A DNA stretch of 64,000 nt, taken from positions 14,625-78,624 of the forward strand of contig CAZQAW010000001.1 in the NCBI GenBank assembly GCA_964591445.1, written 5' to 3'. Positions within the stretch are counted from its first letter, which is position 1. Every line of letters starts with the position of its first letter. The DNA is from an uncultured Candidatus Saccharibacteria bacterium. GTDB lineage: Bacteria > Patescibacteriota > Minisyncoccia > Phycocordibacterales > UBA9973. The position numbers and the translations under genes were made by a program. The notes beneath the pieces were generated by a model, which had not been told where the DNA came from, searched no databases, and saw nothing but the letters and a program-made list of their open reading frames with translations. Below are positions 58,449-64,000 of this stretch, piece after piece.

Positions 58449-59177
58449 TTAGTTTTTCACAATTTGCAGACGTGCTTGTTTAATTTTTTTAAATATAAAG
58501 AATCCCCAAATGATAGAGAGAAGAGTTACTATAAGAAATAATCCCTTTTTATCCAATACAAATAAGCTAAATGCAAAAAGAGCCCAACCAACAAAGAGAG
58601 TACAGAATCCTAAAAGATAACCCACTCCCCTTGCGAAGCTGCCAGAACATAGCCAGTAGAGTCCCAACCAAATGATAAATACCATATAGTAAACAAACTG
58701 AAAACCTGTATTAGGTAAAGGATCAATAACAACTTTTGGCTTAGCAATAAAACCTGTAAAATCTTTTTCAGAAGTGTAGCTAAAAAATAGCTTAGATCCT
58801 CTCTTGTATGTTTGAAATCCATATAACGGAAAGACGTTGGGCTTAGCAGTATAAACCTCATCAAATTCTATCCACCCAAGTTCTATTTCTTTATTTGGAT
58901 TTGAAAGCATCCAAATTATTTCCTCATAACTGGCATTGTGGATGACAGTATCCGGAAGGTTAATATCATTCTCTAAAACTTCCCTGGTGTGTCTAACATT
59001 GCTATCCACTTCTACGCTATCAATTTTCCACATTTGCAAATATATGGACCCGTATGAGTCGTGAACTTCATATCTTACATTGTTAGTTGGGTCGAGTTTT
59101 ACATACAAGAGCGTATCCGCTTTATCGGCCAGAACCATACAAGGCACTGCCAGCAAGAGTACCAGTAGTTTTTTCAT
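58449..59177 (-). CDS. AT-rich orphan with signal peptide and three C-terminal TMs
   Basis: 242 aa, with TTGACA at 59228-59233 (minus) and a terminator at about 58407-58437. Confidence 0.65.
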   Translation of the reverse strand: MKKLLVLLLAVPCMVLADKADTLLYVKLDPTNNVRYEVHDSYGSIYLQMWKIDSVEVDSNVRHTREVLENDINLPDTVIHNASYEEIIWMLSNPNKEIELGWIEFDEVYTAKPNVFPLYGFQTYKRGSKLFFSYTSEKDFTGFIAKPKVVIDPLPNTGFQFVYYMVFIIWLGLYWLCSGSFARGVGYLLGFCTLFVGWALFAFSLFVLDKKGLFLIVTLLSIIWGFFIFKKIKQARLQIVKN

Positions 59178-59270
59178 TGTTTAATTTTTTAGTGGGTTTG
59201 GTTTTACATTATCATGTTTTTTAGATTTGTCAAACTAAAAAGCAGCGCTTACCGCGCTGCTTTTTCTGGG

Positions 59271-59327
59271 TTTTCCCCTCCTTGGGTAAGGAGGGGTCGA
59301 CGCGCTTCAGGCGCGCGGGGGTGGTAA
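59271..59327 (-). repeat. Left hairpin repeat flanking the DUF559 gene
   Basis: ttttcccctccttgggtaaggagggg + small GC hairpin + gggggtggtaa; inverted copy of 59687-59736. Confidence 0.9.
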
Positions 59328-59681
59328 TTTCTGTAGTTCAACCTTTATCCGATCAACTACTGAGGAAAGTTGAGTGAGAATTTCTTTATTACTAAAACGC
59401 ACAACTCTTTTTCCTAAAGATTCAAAATAGACAGTTCGCTTAGTGTCATATTCTTCTGCATCTTTTTCATAATGCTGAGAACCATCAATTTCTATAATGA
59501 GAAATTTTTTAGGACAATAAAAATCTGCAATGTATCCTCCAATACTATGCTGCCTACGAAATTTTACCCCGAGTTTATTATTTTGCAATTGCAACCAAAG
59601 AACCGCTTCTTCATGCGTTCCATGATTTCTGAGTTCTCTTCTTCTATCAACAAATTGAGGAGTGTTGTGAATAATTGGCAT
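59307..59681 (-). CDS. DUF559 / Vsr-like endonuclease
   Basis: 'RRELR...T.EE..LW..L', 'KFRRQHSIG.YIADFYC', 'IEIDGSQH', 'D..RT' and 'V.RFSN.E' motifs. Confidence 0.93.
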   Translation of the reverse strand: MPIIHNTPQFVDRRRELRNHGTHEEAVLWLQLQNNKLGVKFRRQHSIGGYIADFYCPKKFLIIEIDGSQHYEKDAEEYDTKRTVYFESLGKRVVRFSNKEILTQLSSVVDRIKVELQKLPPPRA

Positions 59682-59686
59682 ACAAG

Positions 59687-59736
59687 TTACCAACCCCAGC
59701 GCAAGCGCTGCCCCTCCTTACCCAAGGAGGGGAAAA
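59687..59736 (+). repeat. Right hairpin repeat flanking the DUF559 gene
   Basis: ttaccaacccc + cagcgcaagcgctg hairpin + cccctccttacccaaggaggggaaaa. The outer 26 bp are a perfect inverted repeat of 59271-59296. Confidence 0.9.
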
Positions 59737-59741
59737 TTTTT

Positions 59742-61937
59742 TTACTGCACCACAGTAATAGGCACGGAAACGACAGAAGTTTTGTTACTTGCCATGTTTT
59801 TGGCTGTGAGGTTGATGTTGTATGTTCCTGGCGCGATGCTTCCAGATGCAGTTATAGTTGGAAGTTGCGCTGTGCCAAAATTTTCTGCCGCGATGCTACT
59901 CATCGTATACGTAAGCGGGCTTGCAGTCATACCAGACGGAAGTGTCATTGTTACAAGCATGTTCGCAGGCGCGCAGCCGGTGTAGTCGTCATTCCACACT
60001 GTTGGGAAAATCGCAAAACTTGAACCCGGGCCGATGGTGAGTCCATATGAATCTGCATACAAGAATTTTGGATTCTTGCGCACGCAACTTACCGGCGAAA
60101 TACTGACGTTGAATTTGATTGCGCTTGCGGTTTTGGAAGTAATTGGTCCAATAGTAATGCCTGTACGTGGATCAGAAAATGTCCCGGTTGTGCTGTTGAA
60201 AGACGCAGCTTTAATATCATCCGTCCATAAAGAAGACGTTGCGCGAGCATCAAGCATGCGCGCTTGGTTGTAAGGAAGTTGCATGCTGTCGCTGTACGCG
60301 CGAGTAATTATCAAACCATTTTTATTCGAAGAAATAGTACTGTTTGAAAGCATGCTGTCAAACCCTGTCGACTGTCGCCATTCGACATAATACGGAGCTG
60401 TGCCGTTTGCAAGTTGGATCTTCACCGCTTTTTTGCCAGTTGTATTTTCGTACGGAGCAAGGGTGTAATTTCCGCTAGCAGTTGCGGTAATCATATTCGT
60501 ACCATCAAGCCACCCCATCATTTCTTTATAAAACGCATTCGTATGAAAACCGTATCCGCGCTGGTCTCCCATGATGTCAAAAGGATTTCCGTATTCTTTG
60601 TGCGTACAAGTTGCGCTCTGCCCCATGCTTGCCGTGTCGAGCGTTGTCGAGCCACAGTCGTATCCATTTGCATGCCACCATCCTAGTCCATGTCCAACTT
60701 CATGCGTTACCATCGAGTCCAAGTTTGTCCAAGAAAATGTTGGGGGAGTGGAAGTAGACCACATCGAATTCTGCAAGAAGTTTGCACCAGAGCCATTTAC
60801 CCACGAAACGGAAAGAGTGTAGACTTGGTTGTTGATGAAAATAGGTGAAGCGCCAACAAATGCCGAACCTTTTGCGTATCCACCCGAGCAGTTCGTAATA
60901 ATGAGCACATGCTGATAGTTTGCAAGATTGATCGATTGCGAAGTGATATAAGAATCAAGATCACCTCCCCAACCAAGACTTGGGTTTTCGCAAGAACCTG
61001 TGGTACGTGGAATCATGTACCACCCATATACATCACCGCTAAAAGAAATACCACCGTAGGATTGTTCGTTGTAGAAGTTTTTGAATTGTCCAGAGAAAAT
61101 TTTGCTTTGCGCAACAGCGGTTGTAAACGGCGTAGTTGTTGCATCAGAATAATGTGCCAAGATGACGAGCATTTTGTGCGGCACGGCAACACGAGTACCA
61201 TCTTCCCCAACTTGTGCAGACATGCGCGCCGGGGTGTTTCCTTGTCGAGTAATGTCTCCTATCAAGTTGTCATCGAGCTGCAAGCCTTTGACCGTTACTT
61301 CGGTACCAGGCGCGACAGAGATCGGTTGCGTCGGATAAAACTTGTAACGCTTGTTGCCATTTACTATTTGATATTGAAAATCAGCTTCATGTTCCTTTAA
61401 ATTCATGAAATCTTCTTGGTGAAACACAACGAGCGTTCCGGTTACCGTTTTTGGTTCTTCGTAGAGGCCTTGTGCTGCGTCTGGCAAAAGTGAACGTGTA
61501 AGAAGCGGAAGCGCATATGCGCCGACCATTTTTGGATTTTCTTTGAGCATTGCAAGCAAGACTTTTTTGCGTTCAGCCAAAACGTTGAAAATATTTTTCT
61601 CGGCTTGCTGCTTGAATTCTTTTTTCGCAAAGACGGATTTGGAATTGTAGTTGATGCCATTTTTCAGAAGCTCGTGGTTCATCTCGTGCACGTATTTTGG
61701 AGCTTCAGTTGCGCGGTTCTCGCTTGCAAGTACGGCTTGAGTTGCAGCTGCAGAGATCTGTGAACTGTCTACCGTTTTGTCGACTTTTGCAAATGCAGCT
61801 TTGAGAGTTGTGATAAACTTTTGGAAACCGCTTTGTTCAACCTGTGCAGTTTCTTGTGCAAATGCTTGATAATCGAACACGCCAAACGCTGCCACAAACG
61901 CGATGGCAAGCACAAAAAGAGGTACGTATTTTTTCAT
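59742..61937 (-). CDS. Secreted metzincin metalloprotease (M11/M6-like)
   Basis: Signal peptide, HEVGHGLGWWH (HExxHxxGxxH), 'EYGNPFDIMG' Met-turn and C-terminal Ig-like domain. Confidence 0.85.
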   Translation of the reverse strand: MKKYVPLFVLAIAFVAAFGVFDYQAFAQETAQVEQSGFQKFITTLKAAFAKVDKTVDSSQISAAATQAVLASENRATEAPKYVHEMNHELLKNGINYNSKSVFAKKEFKQQAEKNIFNVLAERKKVLLAMLKENPKMVGAYALPLLTRSLLPDAAQGLYEEPKTVTGTLVVFHQEDFMNLKEHEADFQYQIVNGNKRYKFYPTQPISVAPGTEVTVKGLQLDDNLIGDITRQGNTPARMSAQVGEDGTRVAVPHKMLVILAHYSDATTTPFTTAVAQSKIFSGQFKNFYNEQSYGGISFSGDVYGWYMIPRTTGSCENPSLGWGGDLDSYITSQSINLANYQHVLIITNCSGGYAKGSAFVGASPIFINNQVYTLSVSWVNGSGANFLQNSMWSTSTPPTFSWTNLDSMVTHEVGHGLGWWHANGYDCGSTTLDTASMGQSATCTHKEYGNPFDIMGDQRGYGFHTNAFYKEMMGWLDGTNMITATASGNYTLAPYENTTGKKAVKIQLANGTAPYYVEWRQSTGFDSMLSNSTISSNKNGLIITRAYSDSMQLPYNQARMLDARATSSLWTDDIKAASFNSTTGTFSDPRTGITIGPITSKTASAIKFNVSISPVSCVRKNPKFLYADSYGLTIGPGSSFAIFPTVWNDDYTGCAPANMLVTMTLPSGMTASPLTYTMSSIAAENFGTAQLPTITASGSIAPGTYNINLTAKNMASNKTSVVSVPITVVQ

Positions 61938-61979
61938 ACATATAGTATATCGCTTTTTTGAACAGCAAGCTGTGGAATA

Positions 61980-62711
61980 TTATTTTTGCTTTTTCTTCCA
62001 GTCTTCGATATTTTTTGCATGACCGGAGAGCAACACTTTTGGCACGCGATATTTTTTTCCTTTGTATTCCAAAATTTCCGGTCGAGTATAAAAAGTCGCC
62101 GCAGAAACGCGCTCTTCTTCGAGTGATTCAAATTTACCAAGTACACCTTCCACTTGCCGAGACATGCAGTCGACAAGCACCATTGCCGGCAATTCACCTC
62201 CGGTCAAAACGTAGTCGCCAATCGAAATGTCTTCCACCCCGCCATAGCGGGGCAAACTCTTCAAAATCTTTTTTACGCGAGCATCAATGCCTTCGTATCT
62301 TCCAGAAATAAGAATAATATCCGTGTATTTTTTCACAGCATTTTTTGCATAGTCAGTCGTAAACTTTTTACCGCCTGGGGCGAAGTTTATAATTTTCACC
62401 CGTGCCCCGCGTAGCTTGAGCGAAGTGGGGTTTTTGGCTTTTTTAAAAATGTGACTAAGCGCTTTCTCCACCGCCTTCAACACCGGCTCAGCGCGGATGA
62501 TCATCCCGGGCCCGCCGCCATACGGCCTGTCGTCCACGATTTGCGAAACATTTCCGTCCGGCCAGACTTTTTTATATTTGCCGGTAACAAACAAACGCGG
62601 ATTGTAAAACTTTACCGAAATCTTCTTCTCCTTTATCCCCCGCGCCAAAATAGACTCATTCAAATATGAGGTAAACATCTCAGGGAATAAGGTTATAACG
62701 TGGAAATTCAT
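61980..62711 (-). CDS. trmD: tRNA (guanine-N1)-methyltransferase
   Basis: 'VDDRPYGGGPGM', 'GRYEGIDAR', 'SIGDYVLTGGE' and 'YTRP' motifs. Confidence 0.96.
   Translation of the reverse strand: MNFHVITLFPEMFTSYLNESILARGIKEKKISVKFYNPRLFVTGKYKKVWPDGNVSQIVDDRPYGGGPGMIIRAEPVLKAVEKALSHIFKKAKNPTSLKLRGARVKIINFAPGGKKFTTDYAKNAVKKYTDIILISGRYEGIDARVKKILKSLPRYGGVEDISIGDYVLTGGELPAMVLVDCMSRQVEGVLGKFESLEEERVSAATFYTRPEILEYKGKKYRVPKVLLSGHAKNIEDWKKKQK
62237..62252. repeat. Short GC hairpin inserted in trmD
   Basis: ccccgc-cata-gcgggg, encoding the extra 'PRYGG' between 'IDARV' and 'ISIGD'. Confidence 0.55.
62401..62431 (+). repeat. Palindromic repeat B, in-frame (antisense) in trmD
   Basis: cgtgccccgcgtagcttgagcgaagtggggt, read as PTSLKLRGAR in TrmD. 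Confidence 0.8.
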
Positions 62712-62803
62712 ATGTATTAGTACATTAGCGTTTTAGGCTTCATTTTGCAAATAAAAAAACCTCATTAAACACTTTAATGAGGTTGTTAATGAGGAGTTTA
62801 CAA

Positions 62804-63394
62804 TTAATATTCAGTGTGTTCTTTTAATATACATAGTTTTGGCAAAACTCTTTTTTGCTCACCATTCTTATAAGAAAGCACTATGTAGCTATCGCTGGGT
62901 TGTGAAAAATCAAATTGTGTTTTTTGATGTGACTTGATATATACATATACCTTTGCATCAGATATAAACCATTGATCAATCATCACGGAAGCATTTTCGG
63001 ATTTTACAGATCCGATATTAGGCAAAGCTTCGTCCATGAAAGATAGAACATACAGATAGTTGTATGATTTATCATTTCTCATAAAGAAATCTAGCTCACG
63101 CCTATCATGCAACTCATTTTCAAAACCCCACAAATTAAAAGCTAAGCCATTCTTGAATCTTACCAAAATCTGATAACCAGGATTACCTGGCATCATCACT
63201 TCAACCATTTCGTTAGACGAGCCATCACGCCATTCCATTGCATCCCCGTTGTTATCAGTTATAGAACTAATATCATCGGGGGTTAAACTGGCATTTAATT
63301 CATTGGGTCGGAGTGAATACTCCTTAAAGTCTTGCGCATGTCCCAGACATGAGAAGAACAGGGTTACGTTCAATAAAACAATAGTTTTTTTCAT
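62804..63394 (-). CDS. AT-rich secreted orphan
   Basis: Signal peptide ending in 'GHAQ', perfect TTGACA-17-TATAAT (63420-63448, minus) and terminator at about 62753-62783. Confidence 0.7.
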   Translation of the reverse strand: MKKTIVLLNVTLFFSCLGHAQDFKEYSLRPNELNASLTPDDISSITDNNGDAMEWRDGSSNEMVEVMMPGNPGYQILVRFKNGLAFNLWGFENELHDRRELDFFMRNDKSYNYLYVLSFMDEALPNIGSVKSENASVMIDQWFISDAKVYVYIKSHQKTQFDFSQPSDSYIVLSYKNGEQKRVLPKLCILKEHTEY

Positions 63395-63535
63395 TTTTAC
63401 TTTTTTTAAATTTGCTTGAATTATATACTATTTAATACATTTTGTCAACCAAACAAAAAAACCGCTGATAGGGGCGGTTTTTTTGTTTGGGAATTTTGCT
63501 TTCACTTCCCTATTTTCAATTCTTTTGAATTCAGT

Positions 63536-63856
63536 TTAAATTCCTTTCAAATCTTCCATGGCTTGGTCCACAGTAGCGTGGGTCATGCCTGAAGATGATG
63601 GGCCCTTTCCGCCTTCCGGTTCATTGATCTTCAAATTCACGCGAGCATTGTTCTTCATGCCGATGACTCGAAGAAGTGTGCGGATAGCTTTTGCAGTGTT
63701 GCCTTGTCGTCCGATGATCTTGCCCATGTCAGCTGGATTTGTGGTGAGTGTTATGAGCACGCCCATTTCGTCCACCGTACGGTCAATTTTGACATCATTC
63801 GGATTGTCAACAAGAGCTTTCACTACGTATTCAAGAAACTCTTTGTCGTTTTCCAT
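63536..63856 (-). CDS. khpA: KH-domain RNA-binding protein KhpA
   Basis: 'VKALVDNP.DV' and 'DMGKIIGRQG.TAKAIRTL' motifs; located upstream of trmD, as is typical. Confidence 0.92.
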   Translation of the reverse strand: MENDKEFLEYVVKALVDNPNDVKIDRTVDEMGVLITLTTNPADMGKIIGRQGNTAKAIRTLLRVIGMKNNARVNLKINEPEGGKGPSSSGMTHATVDQAMEDLKGI

Positions 63857-64000
63857 ACTAAGTCGTCCTTCCTATCTTGTAATTCTTGCAGCAAGTCGAC
63901 CTCAACTTTCTGCCGTACTATAGAGTATACAATATATAAGTTCAAAACAAAAATCCCCTTTCGGGGATTTCTTATGCAGCTTGTTTCAATTCTTTGCGTT

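Noticed and set aside
59271-59736. Classical IS element
   Set aside because: The ORF is not a DDE, HUH or serine transposase, and no target-site duplication is evident. Reported instead as a REP-like nuclease cassette.
1-64000. Alternative genetic code (TGA=Gly, as in Gracilibacteria/Absconditabacteria)
   Set aside because: Core genes are uninterrupted in code 11, and TGA terminates genes such as tgt and mreC at the expected positions.

Overview
64 kb of a small-genome bacterium, most likely Patescibacteria/CPR (Parcubacteria-like). This assignment is inferred from the compact RpoB (1059 aa), RpoC (1207 aa) and ProS (420 aa), the lack of Shine-Dalgarno motifs, and the DUF5671, VirD4-like and lamin-tail proteins. 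Housekeeping genes lie mostly on the minus strand: lepA, murJ, leuS, tsaC, mpg, ychF, ddl, uvrC/A/B, tgt, mreBC, proS, rpoD, dnaG, rpoC, rpoB, trmD and khpA. rpsB-tsf is on the plus strand. There are three tRNAs and about a dozen AT-rich orphan genes, many with their own sigma70 promoter and terminator. The main candidate new system is a solitary DUF559 (Vsr-like) endonuclease gene bracketed by inverted hairpin repeats (59271-59736). An architecturally related 36-bp hairpin repeat is inserted in frame, as identical copies, in leuS, uvrA and uvrB (peptide [11 protein letters not shown]). A second palindrome family is inserted in frame in ychF and trmD. Together these suggest a REP/RAYT-like selfish or domesticated element that writes peptide loops into essential proteins. 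Other notable observations: a YerC/HisR repressor with tandem operators whose His-rich C-terminus overlaps a terminator/antiterminator; pervasive leaderless promoters; a Nudix domain inside LeuRS; a UvrA lacking its insertion domain; a MITE-like 68-bp repeat whose arms supply the stop codons of two genes; and several small ORFs missing from the ORF track. All calls come from reading the sequence; no searches were run.
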